Assembly (NCBI GenBank): GCA_964016885.1
Contig: OZ024743.1
Location: 87,544,001-87,608,000 of the forward strand
Source of the DNA: Eledone cirrhosa
Taxonomy: Eukaryota
Length of the DNA: 64,000 bases
Direction: 5' to 3'
The notes below the pieces were generated by a model. The model was not told the DNA's origin. It was given only the letters and a program-made list of their open reading frames with translations, and made no database searches. This document shows positions 14,270-28,105 of the stretch, one piece after another; position 1 is the stretch's first letter; each line of letters opens with the position of its first letter. Both the position numbers and the translations under genes were made by a program.

Positions 14270-16050
14270 ACCAACTTCAGAAATGATCTATACAAGGTGG
14301 ATTATTCCTTGAAGAATATTCTCACATCCTCCAACCATGTTTATTCGAAGCTTCTTCTCCAAAAAGCAGAAGACGCTTGAGACGGCGGGCACTAACTTTC
14401 GACGGAAAAATTACGGGCACTATCGACACCTACAACCTGAAATCTAGAGCCTATCCACCCAAAGTAAATGACCTCGCTCCTTTCGAAGTAGACCTTCTTG
14501 ACTTAGTCGCTAATATTACTTTCTGCAAACACTCTAGCCTTTTCTAAAACAAACTTAGCAGAGATATTAAAAAATGTAGATCCTCCAATAATACTTTCGT
14601 CCTTTCTGATAAAACCAACAATATTTACAAAGTTGACCAACCTACTTACAATCACTTCACACACAAAACTATAACGTCGAAGGACAAAAAAGCAAAACCC
14701 TCAGCCTATATTAATAGGGAAGCCAAGCACCTAGCATCCACCCTTAATGTAGATAAGGAACTAGAATGCCTAGCTAAGCGTGAGGTATTTATCATCCTTA
14801 AGGACCACGAAGTCGATTTTGCTACTAACCCCACATGCAGAGTATTAAAGCCAGCACTAACAAAGAAAAGGCTAGTTAGCAATTCTATACATAGAGGACT
14901 AGTCAAGACCGAAGAAATCCAACATTTCCCAGTGGGAAAACAGCGACTTTGGTGTTAAGTGGTTTAACTCCTTTAACACTAGAAAGCTAGATTCACCCAG
15001 TTCGACATAGCGGACTTTTACCCGTCGATCTCGGTGATCCTATTGGATAAAGTGTTGGAGTTCGCCACTACATACACCTCCGTCTATGACTTGGACGGGC
15101 AAATCATTACCCACTGCAGGAAAATCCACCTTTTCAATAATGGAGAAGCCTGGGCAAAAAATCAGCTACTTCAGAACTATTCGATGTCTCAATGGGATCA
15201 TTCGATAGTGCTGATGTATGCAATTTGATTGGGTCCTATATATTAAGTATGTTGCGAGTCAAATTCCCGGACATCCACACAGGTTTATACCGCGACGACG
15301 ATCTGAACCTACTGAGCCATAAAAGCGGTCACAACCTAGACCGATTTAGGAAAAACTTGTTAGGACTTAAGATTACTGTAGCCACCAATCTGAATAGCGT
15401 AAATTACTTCAACCTAGATCTTCACACACACACATTCAGACCTTTCCACAAACTCAATGGAAAATTGACTTATATACAAGGACTCATGCCACCCGCCTAC
15501 GATCTTTAAATACTTCGTCAAAAACATCAGCACTAGGATTTCAAAGCTTTCTTCTAACAAGGCTATCTTTGACAGAGCGGCACCTTACTATATCGTTAGC
15601 CACCAGCGGATTCTCCGATAAAATTTCTTATTCCCATCTTAATCACACTAGCAGTAGAAAGGAAAATAGAAGGAAATAATAACTTGGTTCTGCCCACCCT
15701 TCTCGCTTGGTGTTAGAACTAATGTAGGTAAGAAATTCTTGGCACTGCGAGATAAATACTTCCCTATATGGCATAAATACAGATATCTTTAACAGGCTCA
15801 AGGTGAAACTCGGATATTTCTGTGCTATAAATAGGAAAGCCCACATTTCCACCAACCCCAAGAGTGCTCCCTCACCCAGATGCTCTTTTAGAAAACCGGA
15901 ATCAGGCCCTCTATAACAGGAGTGTAACAAACCCGCAGTCATTTACGAGGCTGAAATTACACCCACCCAGGAGAATCAACAGCATGAAGACAAATGTAGG
16001 TGTGTCGGAGGGTCGGTTTAAAGAACGCTTTCTCATCCATCAGACGAGCG
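14270..16050 (+). pseudogene. PLE (Naiad-like) RT/GIY-YIG, degenerate
   Basis: SDKTNNIY, FDIADFYPSI, MGSFDSADVCNLIG, GLYRDDDL, WFCPPFS, VGVSEGRFKERF. Confidence 0.85.
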
Positions 16051-16349
16051 GGGTTTGCATACAGAGAGCGTAGACATCCGGAACAAATACCGTAAAACAT
16101 TCTATCCGATGTTCTAATGACTCTGCCAGTTCGCTGGAGTCGTTAGGTAATGCTTTAGTATCAAAAGGGTTAAAGAGCTTTTGTGGGCGTTTGTGGGGTT
16201 TTGTAGGGTTTGTGGGATTTTGTGGCCTTTTGTGGGCTTTTGCGGCCTTTTGTGGCTTTTTGTGGCCTTTTGTGGCCTTTTGTTGTTAGCAAAATGGCAG
16301 TATCATTAGGGCATCAATTTAAATGCCTCGATATTAATTCTGTCTCTCT

Positions 16350-16520
16350 GCACTCTGTGTTCAGATCTCACCGAGGTCAACTTCACCTTTCATTCTTTCA
16401 GAATTGATGAATAAAGCACCAATCCAGTGGCAGTGGATTGGTGAATTGTTAAAGAATCAGACGGGATGTTTTGAGGTATCTGATCAGGTTCTGTTCGTTC
16501 AGAGTTCAAATCCTGCCTAC
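16350..16520 (+). mobile_element. SINE family B fragments
   Basis: ccgaggtcaacttcacctttcattc; gagttcaaatcctgcc. Confidence 0.5.
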
Positions 16521-16968
16521 TTTTGCCAGGATTTGTGACCGACAATGAAAAAAAAAAGCGAAAACATTGTTTCCTTGTTGTAATCTGAGGATCAACCCCT
16601 CTTCCAGGAGTTCTGACCGACAGACAGTATCAGAAATAAAAATGCCAATGGAAACATTGCTTCCTTCTTCCAATTTGATGATCAGCTTCTTTCCTTTATG
16701 ACCTTCTTAAAACTCCCAAACTCATTTATTCAATACTGTTATGAACAAGTCAAACCGAGGTATCGACACGGTTTCAATTCCAATTGACATCAATTTAATA
16801 CGGCGCTATGGAAAAGACGTGAATGCCGCAGTTAAAGGGACGAATATAGAGATTTACTCAAGTACTAACTTTCGTTAGATATATGAGTGAGAAGTCAGAT
16901 ACATGAGTGAGAAGTCAAATATATGAGTCAGATATATGAATCAATGAGTGAGAAGATCAAATAATATA

Positions 16969-17395
16969 TAAGTATGTATGTATACGTACATACATATATG
17001 TATACAGACGTACAGTAGCATGTATATATATATATATATATATACGTACAGGCACACATATATATATGCACGTATTCCATTTATCGTTTTCGGTGCGCCT
17101 GGCCGACTGAACTCACTCGATATGCAAATTAGGCTGCTCAGCCGTTAATTTTCATAAGGAAAGTATATACTTTCGAACGTTCAACCATCTGGCAGAAAGG
17201 TATACGGTGCTGACGATAGCTAACAAGCTTGAAACTAGTACATCGTTCCTGTTTCAGTGTTGAACAAACAGGTGACGTGGTTGCCTAAACACTGTACGGC
17301 GTAAATCAGGCTGTTCGTTTGATTACAAACGAACAAAGCGAACATTATAATAAATGTTCGGTAAACTGATACGGGCATATATATATGTGTGCCTG

Positions 17396-17430
<35 letters not shown>

Positions 17431-17481
17431 GCTACTGTACGTCTGTATACATATATGTATGTACGTATACATACATACTTA
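16969..17481 (+). mobile_element. Non-coding fold-back element with internal hammerhead
   Basis: Inverted arms 16969-17075 and 17369-17481; spacer contains the HHR. Confidence 0.8.
17204..17246 (+). ncRNA. Type I hammerhead ribozyme
   Basis: acggtg-CTGACGA-t agc taacaa gct t-GAAA-ctag-TA-catcgt; 6-bp stem I, palindromic ACTAGT stem III, GUA site. Confidence 0.8.
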
Positions 17482-17543
17482 CATTTAAGTAAGTGCCGTA
17501 CTAAGAGTGAGAAATGAAATTTCCTTTCATTCTATTCCATTTA

Positions 17544-17608
<65 letters not shown>

Positions 17609-17754
17609 TATACATATATACATATATATACATATATACATATATATACATATATACATATATACATATATATATATACATATATACATATATATACATA
17701 TATACATATATATACATATACATATATATATATGTATATGTGATAAACATTATA

Positions 17755-17817
<63 letters not shown>

Positions 17818-18900
17818 AGTGGGTGTAACTAGGAGTTACTGCAGGTTCACCCGGGTGAGCACTCGATGTTTAGGTTCACTTCTGTGATGATGTGTAGAGC
17901 TATACAGAGTGTAATATATTGAAAGGATAAAAAGGACTATTGATTATTCCTTCATTGCATTTATTGATAGGTGACGCGCGTTTCGCCACTGATCAGCTCA
18001 AGGTCGATCTATATCGATCTTACCCGACTCAATAATCCGCAGCTCGACGGACCTTCCTGAAATGCTATAAGAAAATGAAATACATGCTATGTGATAAAGT
18101 CAGATATTCAAGAGTTTGACAAAATGAGTTGTTTTGATTGGTGGGAAGGGTCAAGGCGATGTACTGGCCTGTAGTGTATATGGGGGTGGGTGTGATGGTG
18201 AGATGTTGGTGACGATGGGTGGATGAGATGGGCTGTGGTGTGGTGGTGGTTGATTGGCCTTGGCGTGTAGAGTATGTGTGGGTGTGGGTGTCATGATATG
18301 ATGGTAGTTATGGTTGCTTAGTGGGATGGGCTGTGGTATGAGGTTAGTGGGTTGTCAGTAGACGGGTTGGCGTGTATGTGGGGGTGTGGTATTGGTGCCG
18401 TTGTCTATGGTAGTGGCGTTTGTGGTGGTGTGGCGGATGTATTGGTAGCGTCATAGTCGGTAATCGTCTGGCAGATGCTTTGTATATATTTATACGCACA
18501 CACATATATAGTTATATATGTGCACACATATTGTTGTATAAACACACCCAGCACACAACACATACGTACATCCCTGCCCACACATATCGACACACGGTCA
18601 CACGCGGCCATATGTATATGTACACACATGTATGTGCGTGTGCGCATGCGGACACGAATATGGAGAGTGGGGGGTGTATCGTTGGGGGTGGCGAACGACG
18701 GAGATGGGGGGGGGGGGTGACAAGCAATGTAGGTGTTTTACATACATACGTACACATACATATGCCCATACATACATATGGGTATGGGCACCTGGACTCA
18801 CACTCACGTATACAAAATATACACATACTCACTCACACACACGTATACTCTCGCACATATATACACACACATATATATACACACATACATATATATATAT

Positions 18901-18934
<34 letters not shown>

Positions 18935-18975
18935 CGTTTCTGAATTTGTTTAGCAACATGACCCTCCCAAAGTAT

Positions 18976-19018
<43 letters not shown>

Positions 19019-19024
<6 letters not shown>

Positions 19025-19978
19025 CAAATAACGAAACGAAATTAAATTTCGTTTCGTTTGTAACTCACTTTTGTATGACTGACGCTTAAACAATTAAGTT
19101 AAAGATGTACATCCATATATGTATACTGAAATACTAGTATGTATATGAATACACACACGTATACATATTTAGATGTACCAAGTTTTTTTCACTGGTCACT
19201 TTACTGTGAGTGGCCAGCTATTCTGTATGTAAACACACAGACAAACCGGTTTTTAGAGTCATACTGGTTTTTGAGGAAACACCTTTCCTCTATTCTCCAG
19301 AAAGCCAGACAAGGAATATTGAACTAGTTTCGTTGTTGTTACAACTCATCAGCAATATTTACCTATCTTCCGGCCTCTCTAGAGAATCGTAAAAGCACAT
19401 ATCGTTATATGCTTTTTCTATGAAAATTAGTAGTGGGCAGACTAATTTGCATAGAGTGTGAGTAAGTACCGGTTCAACGGAGACGATAAAAACAAATAAC
19501 GAAACGAAATTAAATTTCGTTTCGTTTGTAACTCACTTTTGTATGACTGACGCTTAAACAATTAAGTTAAAGATGTACATCCATATATGTATACTGAAAT
19601 ACTAGTATGTATATGAATACACACACGTATACATATGTAGATGTACCAAGTTTTTTTCACTGGTCACTTTACTGTGAGTGGCCAGCTATTCTGTATGTAA
19701 ACACACAGACAAACCGGTTTTTTAAAAAAACCAGTATGACTCTAAAAACCGGTTTGTCTGTGTGTTTACATACAGAATAGCTGGCCACTCACAGTAAAGT
19801 GACCAGTGAAAAAAACTTGGTACATCTACATATGTATACGTGTGTGTATTCATATACATACTAGTATTTCAGTATACATATATGGATGTACATCTTTAAC
19901 TTAATTGTTTAAGCGTCAGTCATACAAAAGTGAGTTACAAACGAAACGAAATTTAATTTCGTTTCGTTATTTGTTTTT
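19019..19978 (-). mobile_element. Non-coding direct-plus-inverted repeat element with hammerhead
   Basis: About 240-bp unit at 19019-19272 and 19487-19722, inverted copy at 19726-19978; HHR in the unique segment. Confidence 0.85.
19315..19359 (-). ncRNA. Type I hammerhead ribozyme
   Basis: Reverse complement aatattg-CTGATGA-gttg taacaa caac-GAAA-ctag-TT-caatatt; perfect 7-bp stem I, 4-bp stem II. Confidence 0.85.
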
Positions 19979-21099
19979 TTACACATACACATACACATAT
20001 ATATGTATACAGATACGTACCCACACATACACACATGTATACACCTGCGCTCACATACACACACACACACACATACAATAACTATGCGTACACGCACGCA
20101 CACTCATACGTCCGTATGTGTAAGAATACTTACACACCGACACACACGCTATTGTTGGTTGGGGAGTGGGGTTGTGCGGTGTTGGTGTTGGTGAAGTATG
20201 GAGTTGTGTTTTGTGGTGGTGGTGGTGGAGTTGTGAGGGACAAAAATATATATACAGGATCGAATACCGGTTAGAAGGTGTTTATGGACGTACGGCGATG
20301 TGGGTTGTGGACATGGTGATGGTGGTGGTGCTGGGGTGATGTGTTCGACAAGATGGTTACATGATCAGAGGTTACGGTGTGTTATAGGGTAAGGCAGACG
20401 GGGGGAGGGGCGGTCTATAATACAGTCGATCTGGGAGCGAGGGGTGATATGTGTTGATGATGTTAATGATAATGATTGTTGAAGTATGTGGATGTATTTA
20501 GTGGTGGCTGTGGTTGTGTGTGCGTGCGACAGTACATTTACAGGGTCGAATTTAGCGTGGGGTTGTAGGTTAGGGTAGACAGAGGGAACATGGGGAGATG
20601 AGGTTGTAGGCGTGTATGGTAGGCATATGACGATGTGTGGTGTGATGGTGGTGGCGATGGTGTGATATGATCGACATTGTATTTACAAGGTCCCTTGTCA
20701 TTGTGGATTGCAATGTAGAACGTATCATAGGATACCGATCTAATACGATGTTGCAACGATGAGGTGTGTATGTTGATGTGAATTTTGGTGGTGGTGATGG
20801 TGATGTGTGCGGCATGATATACAAATGCGGGCTTAGAAATGGTTACATGGAGTACAATACAATAAGTTTATTGAGGTGGGCGATGTTGAGACGGGGTATA
20901 TGTGGTTATTAATATGGTGTGTCGTGGTTAGTATGATTTTTGGTGTGGGTTATGTATGCGGCATGATATACAAAATACGGGCTTACATATGGTTAAATGC
21001 AATACAATGAAATAAGATAAAGTGAAGTTAGATTAGAATTAAAGTTCGTTGAGATGGGCGATGGTGATACGGGGCAGATGTGGTTATTATTATGGTGGG

Positions 21100-21437
21100 T
21101 CGTGGTTAGTGCGTGGTCCTCCCGCGAAAGTTTGTGCAGAAAAGGTGTGTATCCTAGTGTGTCTGCAATTGACAATTATGTCCGACCTATAGTTTATGGC
21201 GGAATCAAGTTTAATTATTTCCGCCGATTCAGCTAGGCATAATCTGCAGTGGTTTCTGTCACTGGGAATGTATGCCACGCGTCTTTTTACTGACCACGAA
21301 ATCTGGGGTTCAATATTCCTGTCCTTGAGGTCCCAGATCAGGTCGGCCAGTTTTGTTTGGGGTCGTTTCGATCTATGTTTCAAGGAGCTTCTGTGGTTAT
21401 ACCAGCGCTCCTTAAACGTAGTGGATGTTGCACCTAT
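21100..21437 (-). pseudogene. PLE GIY-YIG C-terminal fragment (3' UTR probably extends toward about 17820)
   Basis: [32 protein letters not shown]. Confidence 0.8.
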
Positions 21438-21498
21438 ATATATGTATATGTATATATATATGTATATGTATATATATATATGTATATATATAAATATG

Positions 21499-21533
<35 letters not shown>

Positions 21534-21570
21534 GTATATGTATATATATATATATGTATATATGTATATG

Positions 21571-21644
<74 letters not shown>

Positions 21645-21741
21645 CATACATATATATATATACATATATATATACATATACATATATATATATATACATA
21701 TATATATATACATATATATATATATACATATACATATATAC

Positions 21742-21792
<51 letters not shown>

Positions 21793-21793
21793 C

Positions 21794-21839
<46 letters not shown>

Positions 21840-22055
21840 TTAATCGATCTACTTTCGTCAAATCGGACCGAGGGAACAATGTCTCCGTTGGTCTTTCCAA
21901 TTGCTAATACTATCTATCGGTCGCAACTCCAGGTAGAAGGAGCAACGTGAAATAAAGTGTCTTGCTCAAGGACTTAACGCATCGCCTGGTCCAGGAATTG
22001 ATCTCACAACCTTACGATTACGAATCCAATTCTCTAACCACTCAGCCACGCGCCT
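21840..22055 (-). mobile_element. SINE family A
   Basis: Reverse complement of the 8845-9030 family. Confidence 0.85.
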
Positions 22056-22130
22056 TCACTGAGCCACACGCCTTCACGTATATATGTATATATATGTATA
22101 TATATATGTATATATGTATATATATATATG

Positions 22131-22176
<46 letters not shown>

Positions 22177-22177
22177 C

Positions 22178-22258
<81 letters not shown>

Positions 22259-22355
22259 TACATATATATATATACATATATACATATATATACATATATA
22301 CATATATACATATATATATACATATATACATATATATACATATATACATATATAT

Positions 22356-22413
<58 letters not shown>

Positions 22414-22445
22414 GTATATGTATATATATGTATATATATATATAT

Positions 22446-24893
22446 AAAATACGTAGTTTAGAAAGCCACAACAATGCAGAGGGAAATCTCGAGGTAGGAA
22501 GTGAATGATAGAAAGGAGAAATAGGATAAAGTGAAAATTGAGAGAGACAAAGATGAAAACAAAACAAAGGTAGAAGGGTTACCGTAGTGGAGATTTAATC
22601 CCAATATTTCGGGCTCACGCCCATCAACGGGGGAAAGTTCCAAAAGGGGGGGGGGGACAGGCTAAGCGGAGAAAGTTGTGATGTCGTTAAAGCAGGAATG
22701 CCGTTATGGGGAGAGAATTATTTAAAATTTAAATGAGGGAAAGAATGCGCGTGCGCGTAATAGGCTGTGGCAAAAGCTACTGACCAAATGGGTTAAATCA
22801 AGAGGGTGCGCTAGCGTGTGAAAGCCGTAAAATATGTATGTGTAAATATATATGTGTGTGTAACTGTGTGTGTATATGTGTAAGTGTGTATATGTGTGAG
22901 TGTGTGTGTGAAAGATAGTGGGCTGTAGAAGCTGGAAATCAAAGGGTGTGAAAGGTGGTAGGTTGTAAAACATGTGTGCGTGTATAAATATAGATGTGTG
23001 TGTGTGTAAGCGTATGGGTATACATGTGTGTGTAACTGTGTGTGTATATGTGTGAGTGCGTGTGTGAAAGATAGTGGGCTGTAGAAGCTGGAAATCAAAA
23101 GGGTGTGAAAGGTGGTAGGTTGTAAAAACATGTGTGCGTGTATAAATATAGATGTGTGTGTGTAAGCGTATGGGTATGCATATACGTGCGTGTGTGTGAA
23201 AATAGCAGGCCGTAAGGGCTGTGAATGGTCACTATGGTTAAGTTAGCCATGTCAGCTCATTTCTCTCAGCCCGGTTGTTAAGTGGGGGTCTGAGGTTCTT
23301 AATAACAAGTGCTTCCTTTATCCTTAAGGATCCGATGCTGCGTTCAGTGGCTAGGACTGTGACCAAGGGTCTACCCTGTGGGTTTCCGCATTTAAGGATG
23401 TGTTTACGGAAGGAAGATGCGTTGGTGTTGATATGTTCCTTGATACGAACATGTAGGGGTCGGATGGTGCTACCTATGTAAAACTTGTTACATTTATCGC
23501 ATTGAATCTTATATACGACATAGGTGCGTAGGCAATCTGCCCCCCGTATCGGGCAGTTGCTGAGGGAACACGTCCCATCTGACTCGTCGGGTTTGTTGGA
23601 GAGGCATCTTCGCAGCGAAGGTCCTGTGTGGGCCAAATGTATGTCAAGTCCCTCCGTCCGTATGGCCCTGCGGATGGCGTTCGTGGTATATTCACTCAAG
23701 TGGGGGATTTTAAAGAAGCACCTGCTTTTAATTAAGTTTCTAGTGGGAGTCTGTCTATTGGGTTTGGGGTCTCTAATTCCGTTAATCAGTCGCTTGGGAT
23801 AGCCATTAGACCTGAGTAGATTACGGAATTGCGTGGTATGGGTGAGACCACCCATCGGGTCGCTGCATCTGTTAGTGATCCGTGTCAGTTCATTTAGGAC
23901 ATAGCCTCTCTTAGCGTTGTTGGGGAGGGCTGAGTTGTAATGCACAAACAAGTCCTTGCACGCTGCTTTGCGGTAGAAGGTGGTGTTTATGTCTCCTTCT
24001 TCAGAGATGTTGATACGGAAGTCGAGGAGGGCGAGTGACCCGTCTTCTCCTGGGTGTTCGATGGTGAAATCGACGTGATGGTCAGTATCGTTGAAGATTT
24101 GGTGAATTTCATTCGCCATCTCCCGGGAAGAAGTAAGTATCAGGATGTCATCAACGTATCTGGAGTAGAAGGCGACGGCGTTGGGTTGGCAGGTATTGAG
24201 TGCCTTGCGTTCCAGGTGGTCCATGTACGAGATCGCAAGTATGCCGGACAGACTAGAGCCCATAGGTAGCCCAGAGATTTGTTTGTACGTGTGGCCGAGG
24301 AAATTGAAGAGTGCATTATCCACAACGAAGGAGAGGAGTTGGTGGATGTCCGTGTGTGTGAGTCTGAAGCAGTGTAAGTTAGATGTTCGGACTCGTTCGG
24401 TCAACAGGTCGACGGCTGGGGATGCTGGTACGGAGGTATAAAGGGCGACCACATCAAGACTGAAGCATAACCGTTGTCCTTTCTGGTGTTGGGCGCCAGA
24501 TGGTGTAGTCGCTCCAAGACCTCCTTTGAGCTGCAGACGTGGGCCGGTAGTGTGTGTAGAATAGGTTTCAGTAGTGTGGAGAGCAGCCACGATATTTTGT
24601 AGAGTGGGCCCTCCACGCTAGAGACAATGGGCCTGATTTTCAAATCGGGTCCTTGTTTATGTGTTTTAACCAGGTGGTAGAAGGTGGGTAGTTTATTGGG
24701 ATTAAATCTCCACTACGGTAACCCTTCTACCTTTGTTTTGTTTTCATCTTTGTCTCTCTCAATTTTCACTTTATCCTATTTCTCCTTTCTATCATTCACT
24801 TCCTACCTCGAGATTTCCCTCTGCATTGTTGTGGCTTTCTAAACTACGTATTTTACACATTTCACAATGCTTCAAGCAAACTTTAACACCCTC
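22446..24893 (-). mobile_element. 5'-truncated PLE with inverted pLTR copy, flanked by (TA)n
   Basis: About 160-bp inverted repeat 22446-22606 / 24694-24854, plus about 40-nt extension on one arm. Confidence 0.9.
23238..24690 (-). pseudogene. PLE RT plus GIY-YIG ORF, one frameshift near 24480, 5'-truncated
   Basis: IRPIVS, SLDVVALYTSVP, GLPMGSSLSGILA, RYVDD, LLDFRI, VVYKIQC..FYIGST..RIKEH, IKEALVI. Confidence 0.92.
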
Positions 24894-24913
24894 ATATATA
24901 TATATATTGAATA

Positions 24914-25091
<178 letters not shown>

Positions 25092-25149
25092 TACATATAT
25101 ATATACATATATATACATATATACATATATATACATGTACATATATATA

Positions 25150-26095
25150 TAACTCTAACCACCCCAGATCTGTCAAAAACACTATAGTAAACTCTGTTCA
25201 AAAACGTATCTCTAGGATCTCGTCGAATAGAAAGATTTTCGACGAAAAAGCCCAATACTACAATGAAGCATTAGCTAGAGCAGGATATACTGATAAGATT
25301 ATGTACATAGATAATGATAGACAAACTAAACAAAATAACAACTATTTTAATTACGGCAACAACCTTAACAACTATAATAGAAAGCATTACAATAATTCCA
25401 AAGGCCAAAAAAGAAATAGAACTAGGAACATAATTTGGTTTGCCCCCCCTTTCTCACTAAACATTAAAACCCACATCGCTAAACTATTTTTTAAAGCTCT
25501 TGATAATCGCTTCCCTAGAACACATAGGTATCACTCAATTTTCAATAGACATACTATAAAATTAACCTTCTCATCCACCAAAAATTTAGCACAAAATATT
25601 AATAGAATAAATAATAGGAACTTAAAACCTAGTGATAATAGCATAAATAATATACAAGTTAACAAATGTAACTGTAGAGATAGATCTAAATGTCCGTTAA
25701 ATAACAACTGCTTAGTTAAAAATATAGTATACAATTGTAATGTTAAAACTGACTCTAATTCTTTTAACTACGTCGGTTCCACATCGACGGAATTTAAACT
25801 TCGCTATAATAACCACAAGAATTCTTTCACAGATCCAAGCAAAAAATCTTCAACGACACTATCAGGCGTACTCTGGCAACTTAAGCTAGATAACGTTAGA
25901 TATTCGACGGCTTGGAATATAGTCTCAAGAGGGATTCCTTTTAATTCATCATCTGAGACATGTGACCTCTGCGCAGAGGAGATATTCTTTATACTAAAAT
26001 CTAAAAATTCCCTTAATCTACGGACAAATTTATTCAGTTGCTGCAAACATAGATTAAACTCAACGTTTAAATATAAATTTAAATTTAAAATGTAG
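25150..26095 (+). CDS. PLE (Naiad-like) thumb, linker and GIY-YIG; open but 5'-truncated
   Basis: [40 protein letters not shown]; the ORF's N-terminal YI run is microsatellite. Confidence 0.85.
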
Positions 26096-27436
26096 TATAT
26101 TTAGTTTGATTTATAATTATATGGGAAACTAGCCGATAAATCTTTCGATTTCTTCTTTTTATTCTTTTTATTTTTTATTTTTATTTTTATTTAAACATTC
26201 TTCATGAAAAATTAAGCTACCCTAAAAGTTGATGCTCCAAATATTTCGAATAAACGTTACACTAGATAAACTTCTATATTAAATATAAGAACACATGTAG
26301 ACCAAATGGGCATCCTAAACTTTTTGAAATGATTTTTGCTAGATGCGATTTGATAAATAATTTTTAGTTTTATCTGTTTTTCGACTCTGATGCTTATAAT
26401 GAACTTGGCAATATATTGTCAATTAATTTTGAAGGGTTGATCTTTGTGGTTTATTTTTATTTTTATTATTGTAGTATTTTCTAATATTTTTATTTTTAAT
26501 ATGTAATATTTTTAGTAATATTCTTTCGTAATATTTCTATTTTATTATTATTTATTATTATTATTATTATTGTTATTTTTTGGTTTTGTTTCTGATATAT
26601 ATTTTTATTAGTATATTGAAATCTGCTCTCTATTTCTGCTTGATAGATAATCTTGTAGAGTAAAGACAGGAATAGTAGTAATATTGACTCTATATATATA
26701 TGTGTGTATATATATACACATATATGTATACTTAAATTTTTATAGCACAATGAGAATGTTTTCCGTGAGCTTAGGGTTTGCAGAGTTGATCATGTAAATT
26801 CACATAGATGTTTGTAGTTATCACATAAACATATGAATTTTTTTTTAAAAACTAAACATAAGATCATTACTTTTCACACATTATGGATACATGTCTCATT
26901 CAGGAATACTGATATTTACAATATAGTGGCTGGTTTTTATACATACTAATACCTCTACATTAAAACATAGGGTTTTTATGCCTCGCCTATGTCTGGTTAT
27001 TTTTAATTTTTCTCTCTATATAACAGCTGGTTTCTCCCCTAACCACATATATCTCCCTTACATTAATACTAGAGCTAAATAAATAAATAAATAAATAAAT
27101 GTATCATTGATACGTTTACTCAACGGACGTCCCACTACCTAGTTTTCTATATATATATATCTATCTCTATTTCCTCTCTCTCTCTCTATATATATATATC
27201 TCTGTTTCTTTACATGAAGTTCTTCTCTTTATCTATCTTTCCATCTCTCTATTTTGTTCCATGCATTTCTTCTTTTTCTTTTTTCTTCTTTTTCTTCGTT
27301 TTCTGTTTTTCTTTCCTTTTTTTCTCTCTTTCTTTCTCTCTGTGTACAATTTTTTCACTGCCAATTCAACTTTTCAAATACAAGTCGATGTTGTACGGTA
27401 TGTCAAATCTATTTATCTATAAAACTGTTTATATTG

Positions 27437-27502
27437 TATTTTGTCTGAGGAAGGCATAGCATATTGTTAATATGATATCCCTGAAATATATATAATGAAA
27501 TA
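27437..27502 (+). ncRNA. Hammerhead at the 3' pLTR of PLE 25150-27543
   Basis: tattttgt-CTGAGGA-agg..catatt/aatatg..cct-GAAA-tatata-TA-atgaaata; 8-bp stem I. Confidence 0.75.
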
Positions 27503-27542
27503 AATATGGTTTTATAAATATAGTTTCCATTTATTTAATATC

Positions 27543-27611
<69 letters not shown>

Positions 27612-27626
27612 AACATATATATATAA

Positions 27627-27675
<49 letters not shown>

Positions 27676-27693
27676 TGTATATATATGTATATA

Positions 27694-27795
<102 letters not shown>

Positions 27796-27894
27796 AAGTA
27801 ATTCCATCGGAAAAGTCCAGGAAAAAAGAGTGCTCTATGTAAGCAACAGAGCTTAATTATTATTATTATGTAATAAACAACATAAGGCAATTAT

Positions 27895-27952
27895 TCCATT
27901 TACCAGTGGTTTCTTAAAAGCAAAAGGTTTTGCTTTCAATCCTCAGAATGAA
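27895..27952 (-). ncRNA. Hammerhead, mirror copy
   Basis: Reverse complement of 28048-28105. Confidence 0.75.
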
Positions 27953-28047
27953 AAATCCTGGTTTGTTTATTGAATATGGATTCTAAAAACCCTAAAAATT
28001 CTAAAAAGGTTTTTTAGAATCCATATTCAATAAACAAACCAGGATTT

Positions 28048-28105
28048 TTCATTCTGAGGATTGAAAGCAAAACCTTTTGCTTTTAAGAAACCACTGGTAA
28101 ATGGA
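28048..28105 (+). ncRNA. Type I hammerhead ribozyme
   Basis: ttcatt-CTGAGGA-ttgaaagcaaaa cc ttttgcttttaa-GAAA-ccactgg-TA-aatgga. Confidence 0.8.

Noticed and set aside
25150-26095. Selenoprotein-type Naiad PLE
   Set aside because: No in-frame TGA at the Cys positions checked here or at 49880-50280; no SECIS identified.
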